A DNA stretch of 64,000 bases, taken from NCBI GenBank assembly GCA_963675785.1, contig OY776562.1:3136001-3200000 (forward strand), in the 5' to 3' direction. Of the stretch, positions 32,592 through 41,875 are shown one piece after another. The position numbers and the translations under genes were made by a program. Source of the stretch: Anaerolineae bacterium. GTDB lineage: Bacteria; Chloroflexota; Anaerolineae; UBA1429. Below the pieces are notes generated by a model, which made no database searches, was not told the DNA's origin, and saw only the letters and a list, made by a program, of their open reading frames with translations. Within the stretch, counting starts at the first letter, position 1; each line of letters begins with the position of its first letter.

Positions 32592-33977
32592 TTACACTCC
32601 TGTGTTCGCCATCGACCAGCAACAAACGCACTGTAAGGTAAGGGCTTTCTCACTTGCTGAGAGCGAGAGGACTTCGGCCGAGTCGCTCTCGGGATAGGCT
32701 CTCCCCGTCAGGGCATAACGCTCGTTTACCAACACCTCGATGACCGAGACATCGACATAAATAGCCAGATGTAATGGTTCGCCCTCATCTAGTTGTACGT
32801 TGACCTTGACTATCTCGCTATAGGTATCGGGATTGCTGCTGGCCTGGGTAGTGTCCAGTGTCAGACTGGTGTGCCCATCCCAATGGAGGAGGCAAGCTTC
32901 GCTACCATCCGCTGCTGCCAGTATGCCAAGTGTGAAGGGGGCTGCCAAATCATCACTACCGACTTGCAGACGTATTTCCAATTGTTTACCTCGGGTCAAC
33001 TCGCAATGCGTGCCGGCAGGCAAGGTGATTCGCTCATCCAGCAGGCTCTGCTGACGGAGTGAATCTACCTCATCGGCGACACGCCAGGTGGGATGCCCTT
33101 TATCATCCAAGCCGATCTCGCGAGGCAGAGACATGACGCCCGACCAGCCGGCCTCGATTTGTGCCGCTCGGCTACGCCCTTCGCGTAGCCAGCCCCACAT
33201 GATGCGTCGGCCATCGGGAACCAACAGCGTTTGCGGGGCGTAGAATATCCGGCTGGCATCCACATCGTACAAGTTTCGCCGGGTAAAGCGCTTATTGGCG
33301 TAATGCCCGGTCATGCACAGCACGCGATCCAGCGGGATTGGCGAAAAGATGAGCATGTGCTCCTCGTCCAGGGCAAAGAAGTTGGGGCATTCCCACATGG
33401 TGCCGGTATCGCTCATCTCACCCGAACAGAGTTGACCATCGTACTGCCAGTGGTAGAGATCGGGGGAGGAATAGCTGAGAATTGTGCCCCCCTGGTCAAC
33501 TAGTCCCGATCCGATGATCATGTGCCATCCATCATTTTCGGCCCACACGCAGGGGTCACGAAAGCCGGTGGTCTGCAATCCTGCAGGTGGGACGGCGACG
33601 ACGGGGTTTGCCGTCGGTTTTTGAAAGGTGCGCAGGCCATCGCGACTTTCGGCAATACACTGAGTTTCGGGTTTTATACCGGTATAGACCAGTGTAGGTA
33701 CACCCTGATTATTCACCGCGCAGCCAGAATAGCAGCCGGCCCAGTCTGGGCTGCCAGGGATAGGCGCTAGCGCCATGGCCCAGTGCTCCCAGTGGAGCAT
33801 GTCTTGGCTGACGACGTGCCCCCAGTGAATGGTGCCGTGGAAGGCGCCATAGGGGTTGTACTGGTAGAACATGTGATACCGGCCCTGATGGTAAATCAGG
33901 CCATTGGGATCGTTCATCCAGTTGGCCGTGGGCGCAAAATGATACCCCGGGCGATGCCGGTGGTCGAAACCTCCCAT
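32592..33977 (-). CDS. GH32 beta-fructofuranosidase/sucrose-6-phosphate hydrolase
   Basis: WMNDPNG, FRDP, WECP catalytic motifs; no signal peptide. Confidence 0.93.
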   Translation of the reverse strand: MGGFDHRHRPGYHFAPTANWMNDPNGLIYHQGRYHMFYQYNPYGAFHGTIHWGHVVSQDMLHWEHWAMALAPIPGSPDWAGCYSGCAVNNQGVPTLVYTGIKPETQCIAESRDGLRTFQKPTANPVVAVPPAGLQTTGFRDPCVWAENDGWHMIIGSGLVDQGGTILSYSSPDLYHWQYDGQLCSGEMSDTGTMWECPNFFALDEEHMLIFSPIPLDRVLCMTGHYANKRFTRRNLYDVDASRIFYAPQTLLVPDGRRIMWGWLREGRSRAAQIEAGWSGVMSLPREIGLDDKGHPTWRVADEVDSLRQQSLLDERITLPAGTHCELTRGKQLEIRLQVGSDDLAAPFTLGILAAADGSEACLLHWDGHTSLTLDTTQASSNPDTYSEIVKVNVQLDEGEPLHLAIYVDVSVIEVLVNERYALTGRAYPESDSAEVLSLSASEKALTLQCVCCWSMANTGV

Positions 33978-34005
33978 GACACGCTCCTTTGTTTTTACAC
34001 GTTAG

Positions 34006-34038
34006 CAGGGGATGCGCATTTTTTATGCGCATCCCCTG
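34006..34038. repeat. 14-bp perfect intergenic stem-loop, no U-tract on the coding strand
   Basis: CAGGGGATGCGCAT-TTTTT-ATGCGCATCCCCTG. Confidence 0.85.
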
Positions 34039-34043
34039 GGTTA

Positions 34044-35333
34044 TTACTTGAGGAAGAGCTCGATGACGGGAACCTCGACGTTGGGTTGAACAACGGGTAG
34101 TTCGAGGATCAGGCTGGTATCGGTGGCGCCGAGCTGCTGCATGTGCCAGTCATTCTCGCCGGGGAACTGGACCTCAGATGCATCGTGGAGCAGTTGGGCG
34201 TATTCCACCTTGCCCCGCAGGCCATCTAGCTTGAGATGGCGAATGGGCCAGGCGAAGACGTACACATAAAGGCGGTTGGTCTCTGGATTATAAGTGAGGC
34301 GGCAATCCTTGGGCGCTGCGAACTCTTTTGGCGCCTGAGTACAGCCATAGATGGCGCGGCTATTGCGCTTCATCCACTCGCCCATGGCCTCCAGGCTACT
34401 GATGGCCCGACTATCGAATTCGCCGCGACCGGTGGGTCCAACATTGAGCAGCAGGTTGCCACCCTTGCTGACGGTATCGACGAGCAGCATGAGCAGCTGT
34501 TTGGGGCTCTTCCAGGTGGCCTCATCGCGATGGTATCCCCAAGAGCCGGAAAAGGTCTGGCAGGTTTCCCACAGCACCTTTTGGCCGTTGTATTCGACCC
34601 AATCGTCGACCATGACCTGCTCGGGCGTCTTGACGTCCCAACCATAATCAGTGTCCATCAAATCCAGGCGGTCGTTGACGATGATGCCTGGCTGGAGCTC
34701 GCGCACCATTTTGATCAGCTCCTCGGACTCCCAATCGTTGTGGCCTTTGCCGTCGTCACCAGGGTAGGAGAAATCGAAAAAGATATAGTCGATCTTACCG
34801 TACTCGGTGAGTAGCTCGCGCACCTGATTGCGCAGGTATTCGGCGTACTTGGCCACGTCGCGACACTTGGTAGTTTCGCGAAAAGCGGCGTCATCGCGCT
34901 GGGGATGTCGGGAATCCACGGGGAAATCGGGGTGGTGCCAATCCAGCAGTGAGTGATAAAAGCCGACCTTGAGACCTTCGGCGCGGAAAGCCTCTACCAT
35001 AGGGCGAAGCAGGTCTTTGCCATAGGGAGTGTTGGTCACCTTGTAATCGGTGTATTTAGAATCCCACAGGCAAAAGCCCTCGTGATGTTTGGTGGTGATG
35101 CAGAAATACTTCATGCCGGCTATTTTGGCCATGTGTGCCCATTCCTGAGGATCATAGAGATCGGGATTGAAATGGGTGAAATAGCGCTCATAACGCTCGT
35201 CGGTCATGCGCTCCATGTTCTTGAGCCACTCGTGACGAGCACCCAGAGAGTACAACCCCCAGTGAATGAACATGCCTAGCCGATCATGCACGAACCAATC
35301 TGTGTCGCCCAAACCCCTGCGTACGTCGTCCAT
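34044..35333 (-). CDS. GH29 alpha-L-fucosidase
   Basis: GMFIHWGLYS, TTKHHEGF.LW, YHSLLDW, FFDFSY, WETCQT, GNLLLNVGP. Confidence 0.94.
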   Translation of the reverse strand: MDDVRRGLGDTDWFVHDRLGMFIHWGLYSLGARHEWLKNMERMTDERYERYFTHFNPDLYDPQEWAHMAKIAGMKYFCITTKHHEGFCLWDSKYTDYKVTNTPYGKDLLRPMVEAFRAEGLKVGFYHSLLDWHHPDFPVDSRHPQRDDAAFRETTKCRDVAKYAEYLRNQVRELLTEYGKIDYIFFDFSYPGDDGKGHNDWESEELIKMVRELQPGIIVNDRLDLMDTDYGWDVKTPEQVMVDDWVEYNGQKVLWETCQTFSGSWGYHRDEATWKSPKQLLMLLVDTVSKGGNLLLNVGPTGRGEFDSRAISSLEAMGEWMKRNSRAIYGCTQAPKEFAAPKDCRLTYNPETNRLYVYVFAWPIRHLKLDGLRGKVEYAQLLHDASEVQFPGENDWHMQQLGATDTSLILELPVVQPNVEVPVIELFLK

Positions 35334-35348
35334 ATTTCTCCTCTGTTT

Positions 35349-37325
35349 CTATGCAAAAGTGATGCAAATCATCTGATGACCGCGAATTTCGGGGACGGTG
35401 AGATGGAGCACGTCATCCTGGCTGAAACCCAGAGCTGTGCCCTGAGGCTCGCAGGTGACGGTTTTAACGGGACGTTCGCAGGCAATCTCTAGACCAACGT
35501 TGTAGAGCGGAATGATGTCCTCGATGATATCCATATCCTGGCAACGTCGCTCAGGGATGTAATGCAGCAAGTGAACTACCTGTCGATTGAACTGCGCCTG
35601 CTCGTTGAGCGTGACTTTTAAGGTTGAAGGCCCATCGTGTTTCACCAGTGTGCGCCCTAACAGCATACGCATGGCGTTGTGTACCAGCAGCTTGCACCAG
35701 TTCGGCGCATTTTGAGCGTACTGGGAGAATAGGGGATGGGCGAAATAGATGATCTGCCCCTGTTGTGTCACCGCCGGATAGCCCGACTCGCCGGAGGAGG
35801 GCGTGTGGCGGTGAGAGCAATAGTGTTTGTAGGTGCGGTTGAAATAGGGGATGACCGTCTCACAAAGGACGTGTGTCTCACCTTGCGGCACCACCAAGGC
35901 CCCCTGCTTGTACATCACGTATTCGGTATGGCGCAAGCCTTCGCCCATGGCGCCTTCGGGCACGATGAAATCGGGGCTGTAAGGAGCATCGCCCTTGAAA
36001 GTTAGCCCAAAGAAAGCCGGGTACTGCCCCGTGATAGGATTCAAGCCGCCGCGATAAGAGGCGATAATACTGCCACCCTTGGCTACAAAGGCCGCCAGTT
36101 TCTTTTCCAGGGCCTGATCGCAAGGAATCTCGTCGGGCAGGATGACCAGTCGATAGCCCTCAATCTCCGCCTCGGTGTCGATGAAATCGAACTGAAAGCC
36201 GCCTTCCTCCATGATGTGCAGGGCTCCGCTGCTGGTAGCCGGCACGCGCTCGTCGCCGAATTGCTCGGCGGAATAGACGGCGATCTCGGTGAGGGGCTTG
36301 GCACCCACGCACCAGGGCTCTTTGGCTTCCACTTGGCTGTAGACCGCGCCGATTAGGTCATAGACATCGGGGTCGATTTGGCCCGAGGGATGCAGTTGAT
36401 CGCCGATGGAGCACTTGGCACCCAGGGCCAGCATGTTGAAACACTCGAACTCTAATGCTGCCTGGTTTTTAAAAGAGTGAAAATCGCCCCAGGAAGTGTG
36501 AAACTTGCCAGTCATGCCCAGGCAATCCAAGCCCAGGGTGCGGGCGTAGCGCATCGAGACGGGGAAATGATCGTATCCCCAGCCGCCACTGGGCAACGAT
36601 TCCAGCTCAAAGTGCGAGTGGGCGTCGCGAGAAGCGCGGTGCCGGTAGCCGATGTGACCGGGGTTATAGAATATGGTGCATTCAGGGTTGCGCGCCCAGA
36701 TCATAGTGCTGAGTTCATTCATAAATTCATTAAGACTGGCCAGGCCAAAGGCCTTGCGGTCGGTTTCGTCGGAGGGCTCTAATCCCTGTTCGACCATCTT
36801 TTCACGGCAGTAGCGGCAAGAGCAATCCATGGGGGCGGTGATGTCAAAGAAAAAGCCATCGGTAGGCAACAAATCCATGATCTCATTGGCCTGGGCCTTG
36901 AGGAACTCGCGATAGGGCGTATTGATGCACAAGCGCCGGTAAAAGCCGGCCTCGTAAGGCGGCGTGCCTTCCAAACTGCCGTTGGGGTTGACCACGCGCC
37001 ATTCGGGGTGCAGGTTGGCGGTGTACTGATCCCATTGCACAGTGACATAGATGGGCACGCGGATATCCAGCTTGTGGCAGGCCTCGATCTGCTCGGCCAG
37101 CAGATTGCGCGAGAGGTGAGGGTGCCTTCTCTCGGGGAACAGCTTGGAATCGTAATAGTTCCAGCCGTGGTGCCCGCGGGCAAAGCAGGTTACCGAGTTG
37201 ACATGGGCATGGGCCAGGGTAGTGGCAAACTCGTCGGCATCAAAATCATCGCCTATGCCGACGATAGCCTCGCTGGTGTGAAAGTCGAGATGTATCTGGC
37301 GGAATCGCAGTTCGGTGCGCGTCAT
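35349..37325 (-). CDS. GH151-like alpha-L-fucosidase / beta-galactosidase-trimerisation-domain protein
   Basis: FRQIHLDFHTS, FARGHHGW, DGFFFDI, HFELESLP.GGWGY, GKFH.SWGDF. Confidence 0.8.
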   Translation of the reverse strand: MTRTELRFRQIHLDFHTSEAIVGIGDDFDADEFATTLAHAHVNSVTCFARGHHGWNYYDSKLFPERRHPHLSRNLLAEQIEACHKLDIRVPIYVTVQWDQYTANLHPEWRVVNPNGSLEGTPPYEAGFYRRLCINTPYREFLKAQANEIMDLLPTDGFFFDITAPMDCSCRYCREKMVEQGLEPSDETDRKAFGLASLNEFMNELSTMIWARNPECTIFYNPGHIGYRHRASRDAHSHFELESLPSGGWGYDHFPVSMRYARTLGLDCLGMTGKFHTSWGDFHSFKNQAALEFECFNMLALGAKCSIGDQLHPSGQIDPDVYDLIGAVYSQVEAKEPWCVGAKPLTEIAVYSAEQFGDERVPATSSGALHIMEEGGFQFDFIDTEAEIEGYRLVILPDEIPCDQALEKKLAAFVAKGGSIIASYRGGLNPITGQYPAFFGLTFKGDAPYSPDFIVPEGAMGEGLRHTEYVMYKQGALVVPQGETHVLCETVIPYFNRTYKHYCSHRHTPSSGESGYPAVTQQGQIIYFAHPLFSQYAQNAPNWCKLLVHNAMRMLLGRTLVKHDGPSTLKVTLNEQAQFNRQVVHLLHYIPERRCQDMDIIEDIIPLYNVGLEIACERPVKTVTCEPQGTALGFSQDDVLHLTVPEIRGHQMICITFA

Positions 37326-37387
37326 GGGCAGCCTCCAAAAAGAGTACGACGCGCCAAGCATACTATGTTCCGTCCTGCTGGCAAAGC

Positions 37388-37419
37388 AAAAGCGGGCAGC
37401 CTGTCAAGGCTGCCCGCTT
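37388..37419 (-). terminator. Terminator after lysS
   Basis: AAGCGGGCAGCCT-TGAC-AGGCTGCCCGCTTTT on the minus strand. Confidence 0.8.
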
Positions 37420-37432
37420 GGTTTTGTATTGG

Positions 37433-38899
37433 CTAGTTGCGCAATTGTGGAAAGAGAATGACTTCGCGGATGGTAGCCTGGTTTGTATAGAGCATGACCA
37501 TGCGGTCAATGCCAAAGCCCAGGCCGCCCGTGGGGGGCATACCATGTTCCATGGCCAACAGGAAATCCTCATCCATGGGATGGGCCTCGTCGTCGCCCTC
37601 TTCAGAGTCGTGTCCTTGGGCAATGAATCGTTCACGCTGGTCGAGTGGGTCGTTGAGTTCGGAAAAGGCATTGCCGCATTCCATGCTGCCCATAAAAAAC
37701 TCGAACCGTTCTACCAAATGCGGGGCATCTGGCTTGCGCTTGGCCAATGGAGAAATCTCGACGGGATAGTCGATGATAAAAGTGGGTTGAATCAAGCCCG
37801 GCTCGACGCACTCACCAAACAACTCATCCACCATCTTGCCCCAGGTAGGTTGCTCGGCCACGGGGAGTTTCTTTTCTCTGGCGGCGGCTAATAAGCTCTT
37901 GAGGTCGCGCAGTTCTTCGATATCCAAGCCGCTTCCCTCAAGGATGGCATCACGCATGGTGATGCGCTTCCAGGGAGGTGTTAGATCAATCTCGTTATCC
38001 GCAAAAGTCAGGGTCATGGTGCCCAGTACTTTTTGAGCTACCGTCGACCAGAGGTCCTCCACTAAAGCCATGATGTTGTTGTAATCGGCATAGGCCTGAT
38101 AGAGTTCAATGCTGGTGAACTCGGGGTTGTGCTTGGTGGAAATGCCCTCGTTACGAAAGTTATGGCCGATCTCATAGACGCGATCCAACCCGCCGATGAT
38201 AAGCCGCTTGAGATAGAGCTCATCGGCGATGCGCAGATAGAGAGTGCGTTCCAACGCGTTATGTTGGGTGACAAAGGGCCGGGCCGCCGCGCCGCCATAG
38301 ATAGGCTGTAACACTGGCGTCTCTACCTCAATAAACCCCTTTTCGTCCAGGTAACGGCGGATGGCGCTAATCATGCGCGTGCGCTTGACGAAAATATCGC
38401 GCGTTTCCTCGTTGACCATCAAATCCAGATAACGCTGTCGGTAACGGGTCTCTATATCCTTGAGACCATGAAACTTTTCCGGCATGGGGCGTAGCGCCTT
38501 GGAAACGATTTGCACCGAATCGGCAAGAACGGTTACTTCGCCCGAGTGCGTGCGGAATAATTCGCCCGAGACCGCGCAAAAGTCGCCTACATCAAGGGTT
38601 TTCTTAAAGGCAGCATAAGCCTCATCACCAACAAGATCCTTGCGAACGTAAAATTGTAGGCGCCCACTGCCATCTTGTAAATGGGCAAAGCTTGATTTGC
38701 CCATCACACGCACGGCCAACAGACGGCCGGCTACGGCGACGCGAACCTTTTCATCTTCGGGAGTGGCTTCAAAAGCAGCAATTGCTTCTGCGGCCGTATG
38801 GGTGCGCTCGATGCGTGCGGGATAGGGATCGATGCCCGATTCGCGCAACTCATCCAGCTTTTCGATGCGCAGGTCTCTCTGTTCGGTACTCTCTACCAT
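37433..38899 (-). CDS. lysS: Lysine--tRNA ligase (class II)
   Basis: RYRQRYLDL, GGAAARPF.T, FRNEG...HNPEFT, GMPPTGGLG.GIDR. Confidence 0.98.
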   Translation of the reverse strand: MVESTEQRDLRIEKLDELRESGIDPYPARIERTHTAAEAIAAFEATPEDEKVRVAVAGRLLAVRVMGKSSFAHLQDGSGRLQFYVRKDLVGDEAYAAFKKTLDVGDFCAVSGELFRTHSGEVTVLADSVQIVSKALRPMPEKFHGLKDIETRYRQRYLDLMVNEETRDIFVKRTRMISAIRRYLDEKGFIEVETPVLQPIYGGAAARPFVTQHNALERTLYLRIADELYLKRLIIGGLDRVYEIGHNFRNEGISTKHNPEFTSIELYQAYADYNNIMALVEDLWSTVAQKVLGTMTLTFADNEIDLTPPWKRITMRDAILEGSGLDIEELRDLKSLLAAAREKKLPVAEQPTWGKMVDELFGECVEPGLIQPTFIIDYPVEISPLAKRKPDAPHLVERFEFFMGSMECGNAFSELNDPLDQRERFIAQGHDSEEGDDEAHPMDEDFLLAMEHGMPPTGGLGFGIDRMVMLYTNQATIREVILFPQLRN

Positions 38900-38919
38900 C
38901 AAAGGCTCCTGATATGGCG

Positions 38920-39384
38920 TTAGTTGATGTCAATAATCTCGAAAAAGATCTTTCCGCCGGGCGTTGCAACGCTCACTTTATCGCCCTTTTTGGCGCCCAG
39001 AAGAGCGCTTCCAATAGGGGACTCGTTAGATATCCGGCCATTTGCGGCATCGGCTTCAAAAGTACCTACGATGACAAAGGTTTCAGGCGCATAATTTTCT
39101 TCACGAACGGTGACTGTGGAGCCAATCTGGACATGGCCGTTCGACTTGCTCATATCGATGACCTGCACGTTACGCAGAATGTTTTCGATTTCCTTGATGC
39201 GTCCTTCAAGAAATGCCTGGTCGCGTTTTGCTTCGGAATAGCCAACGTTCTCTCGCAAGTCACCCTCTTCAATCGCAGATTTGAGCTGCGCCGCCACTTC
39301 TTTGCGCCGAACATCCTGCAAATAAGCGAGTTCTTCCTCTAGCTTTTCCCGACCTTCACGTGTTAGAACTTTATCTTCGGCCAT
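38920..39384 (-). CDS. greA: Transcription elongation factor GreA
   Basis: LTREG..KLEEEL, GDLRENVGY..AK, ISNESPIG.ALLG. Confidence 0.96.
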   Translation of the reverse strand: MAEDKVLTREGREKLEEELAYLQDVRRKEVAAQLKSAIEEGDLRENVGYSEAKRDQAFLEGRIKEIENILRNVQVIDMSKSNGHVQIGSTVTVREENYAPETFVIVGTFEADAANGRISNESPIGSALLGAKKGDKVSVATPGGKIFFEIIDIN

Positions 39385-39409
39385 ATCAAACATACCTCTT
39401 TGGGGCTAT

Positions 39410-39434
39410 AAAAAAGCGCGCCAATCGGCGGCGC
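39410..39434 (-). terminator. Intrinsic terminator within the greA 5' leader
   Basis: GCG-C-CGCC-GATT-GGCG-CGC-TTTTTT between promoter and RBS. Confidence 0.7.
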
Positions 39435-39456
39435 CTTGTGCACACCATGTTCTCTG

Positions 39457-39485
39457 ATTATACGTTGACGGCATGTCTGTGACAA
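39457..39485 (-). promoter_or_regulatory. sigma70-type promoter for greA-lysS
   Basis: Minus strand TTGTCA-N17-TATAAT. Confidence 0.8.
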
Positions 39486-39577
39486 ACTTTTACGAAACGG
39501 ACTTATGCGAGTCTAACGTATGGATAGCCCCTCTATGATAATCTAAGAGCATATTGTTCGCATCAAGGAGAATGACT

Positions 39578-40033
39578 ATGCGGCGTGTGCTTATTGCCAT
39601 GCTTTTAATCACCTGCGTTGCCATGGGGGCAACACGTGCTCTGGCTGACGACGACACCTCTCTTATTGCTGATATACCCTGGCATTCGGGTGAGGTCTAT
39701 GCCCAGACGCTTGTGCCTGCCTTGACTCTGCAAGCATACGATGCCGCTGTATCCAGTTATCCGCTTCCGGGAGAGGGTGATGAGGCTTACCCCGAGCCCT
39801 CACCTACGCCTACGCAGAATGGGCCAATGATCCCCATTTTGTTCAAGAACTATATCTACGAGGCGGAAGGTTATCCACTTCCGGAGGCAACGGCAGCTGT
39901 ACCTACAGCCACTGCCACGCCGTCTCCTACACCTTCACCAACGCCCTCTCCTACGCCAACGGCTACACCCACATCCACTCCTACGATGACACCAACTTTG
40001 GCAGCATACCCCCCGCCAACTGCTGCGGGTTAG
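39578..40033 (+). CDS. Secreted Pro/Thr-rich low-complexity protein with repeated YPxP motifs
   Basis: Signal peptide ending ALA|D; (TP/SP)n tract; AAGGAG RBS. Confidence 0.8.
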   Translation: MRRVLIAMLLITCVAMGATRALADDDTSLIADIPWHSGEVYAQTLVPALTLQAYDAAVSSYPLPGEGDEAYPEPSPTPTQNGPMIPILFKNYIYEAEGYPLPEATAAVPTATATPSPTPSPTPSPTPTATPTSTPTMTPTLAAYPPPTAAG

Positions 40034-40038
40034 TTTGC

Positions 40039-40067
40039 TTGCACCGTCGCTTGACTCTCGCTAGAAT
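40039..40067 (+). promoter_or_regulatory. sigma70-type promoter
   Basis: TTGCAC-N17-TAGAAT. Confidence 0.55.
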
Positions 40068-40100
40068 CTCCGCAACTGCGATATCAAGGTGGAGGTGCCC

Positions 40101-41153
40101 ATGTTTGGTTCGTTTGGTTTTGGTCTTGCTGGTATCCCTATGCTTTCCAATTCGGTGACGCGCTCCATTTCGGCAGAAAACCCGGATGGTTCAGTGGCGG
40201 GTGGCGCCCATGCCGAGCCTGACGAGCATTCAGCGGGTTCGTTGTTAGGGCGCGGCTGGAAGATTCGTCCTTGTATCACCTTGCCCGCCGGCTCGGTGAC
40301 TACCTTGGCCGATATCGAGGGGCCGGGCGTCATTCAGCACTTGTGGATCACCGTCAAACCTGCGGCCTATCGTTCTTGTGTGCTGCGTGTGTATTGGGAT
40401 GACGAGGCAGAGCCTTCCATCGAGACTCCCCTGGGAGACTTTTTCGCCAATGTCCATGGCATGCGCTACAACGTCAATTCGATGCCCATAACGGTCAACC
40501 CCTCTGGCGGATTCAACAGCTATTGGCCTATGCCTTTTCGTAAACATGCGCGTATCACCATCGAAAATGCCTATTGGGAGGATATTTCGGGCTTTTTCTA
40601 CCAGATCAATTATGCTTTGGGCGAGGTACCTGCGGATGCTGCCTATTTTCACGCCCAATGGCGACGTAGCACCACCTCGCGTGGTTACCCCGAGCATGTT
40701 CTGCTAGATGGTGTGCAGGGCCAGGGTCACTATGTGGGCACGGTGATTGGTTGGAATCAGTATTCCAACGGCTGGTGGGGTGAGGGAGAGGTCAAGTTCT
40801 ATATGGATGGTGATGGCGAGTTTCCCACCATCTGTGGCACGGGCACCGAGGATTATTTTGGCGGCGCTTGGTGCTTTGATGATGAGACTTATTCTACGCC
40901 CTTCCTGGGTTATCCCCTGTGGGACAAGCCAGAAGGCGGCGTTTCTCGCCATGGCCTCTATCGCTGGCATATCATGGATCCCATCCGCTTCCAGAGTGAT
41001 CTCAAGGTCACCATTCAGGCTCTTGGGTGGTGGTTGAACGGCAAGTACGAGCCGCTGGAAGATGATATTTGCTCTGTGGCCTATTGGTACCAGAGCGAAC
41101 CTCACGGAGCTTTCCCCGCTTTGCCCGATCTGGCTGGGCGTTGGCCTCGTTAA
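40101..41153 (+). CDS. GH172 (DUF2961) glycoside hydrolase
   Basis: SISAENP.G, GPG.IQHLW.T, PLGDFF, NSYWPMPF, WWGEGEVKFY.DG, GTGTEDYF. Confidence 0.9.
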   Translation: MFGSFGFGLAGIPMLSNSVTRSISAENPDGSVAGGAHAEPDEHSAGSLLGRGWKIRPCITLPAGSVTTLADIEGPGVIQHLWITVKPAAYRSCVLRVYWDDEAEPSIETPLGDFFANVHGMRYNVNSMPITVNPSGGFNSYWPMPFRKHARITIENAYWEDISGFFYQINYALGEVPADAAYFHAQWRRSTTSRGYPEHVLLDGVQGQGHYVGTVIGWNQYSNGWWGEGEVKFYMDGDGEFPTICGTGTEDYFGGAWCFDDETYSTPFLGYPLWDKPEGGVSRHGLYRWHIMDPIRFQSDLKVTIQALGWWLNGKYEPLEDDICSVAYWYQSEPHGAFPALPDLAGRWPR

Positions 41154-41184
41154 GCTCAGCGCATGGCACCATCCCTTGCCAAGT

Positions 41185-41217
41185 AAAAAGGCACGGTCTC
41201 TCGAGGCCGTGCCTTTT
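41185..41217. terminator. Bidirectional intrinsic terminator
   Basis: AAAAGGCACGGTCTC-TC-GAGGCCGTGCCTTTT. Confidence 0.85.
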
Positions 41218-41239
41218 GGGTGAACCGATCAAAATATGG

Positions 41240-41656
41240 CTACATTTCCTTTTGGTATCTGCTGATCAAGTACAGGCTCAGAATATTGTAGAGCAAATAG
41301 ACTCCAATTGTAACCAGGGTTACCCACAAGGGCGCTTCGATGATGATGGTGATAAAGGCAAGGCCTACGATGAACCATTGGGTAATATCGCCAGCTTGAG
41401 CTTTTGCCTTGCTGCGGATGAGGGTATTGCGCTCATCCTTGAGCTCGATTTGGTTCTGCTTTGTCAATTCGGGATTCTTTTCTTCCCAGCGCACCATGTA
41501 CAACTGGGCAATACTCATTCCAAACAAGCCAGCGCCAATACCGATGAGTACCCCCGACAAAATCTTTAATTCCTCACCACTTACGAACAAGCTGACGCCA
41601 ACCAGAACCAGCCCAAGCACCAGAGTGATGATGTAAAGCGTTTTTTTGCTCGTCAT
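41240..41656 (-). CDS. 4-TM membrane protein with DER motif (DUF2178-like)
   Basis: Four hydrophobic segments; IELKDERN..IR.KA; overlaps the Xre gene by 4 nt. Confidence 0.8.
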   Translation of the reverse strand: MTSKKTLYIITLVLGLVLVGVSLFVSGEELKILSGVLIGIGAGLFGMSIAQLYMVRWEEKNPELTKQNQIELKDERNTLIRSKAKAQAGDITQWFIVGLAFITIIIEAPLWVTLVTIGVYLLYNILSLYLISRYQKEM

Positions 41657-41853
41657 TCTTCTTCCTCATAGATAAAAATCTCTTCAATGGACATATCAAA
41701 GTAGTGCGCAATCTTGAACGCCAAGAGGATTGATGGATTGTAACGTCCGTTCTCCAGGGAGCCTATGGTCTGTCGCGATACTTCCAAAGTCGCCGCTAGT
41801 TCTTCTTGCTTTAAATTATGCTTTTTTCTGATTTCTTCTAGCTTGTTCTTCAA
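41653..41853 (-). CDS. Small Xre/Cro-family HTH transcriptional regulator
   Basis: Q.ELA..L.VSRQTI.SLENGRYNPS..LAFKIA..F. Confidence 0.95.
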   Translation of the reverse strand: MKNKLEEIRKKHNLKQEELAATLEVSRQTIGSLENGRYNPSILLAFKIAHYFDMSIEEIFIYEEEE

Positions 41854-41875
41854 GCTGCGCTCTCTTTCTCAATTT

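Noticed and set aside
37402-37407. TTGACA in the loop of the lysS terminator as a -35 element
   Set aside because: No -10 hexamer 16-18 nt downstream; TTGCCA-N16-TATGCT nearer the GH151-like gene is a better but still weak candidate.
39900-40000. Tandem repeat or CRISPR-like array
   Set aside because: Degenerate codons for a Thr/Ser-Pro tract; no identical repeats with spacers and no cas genes in the window.
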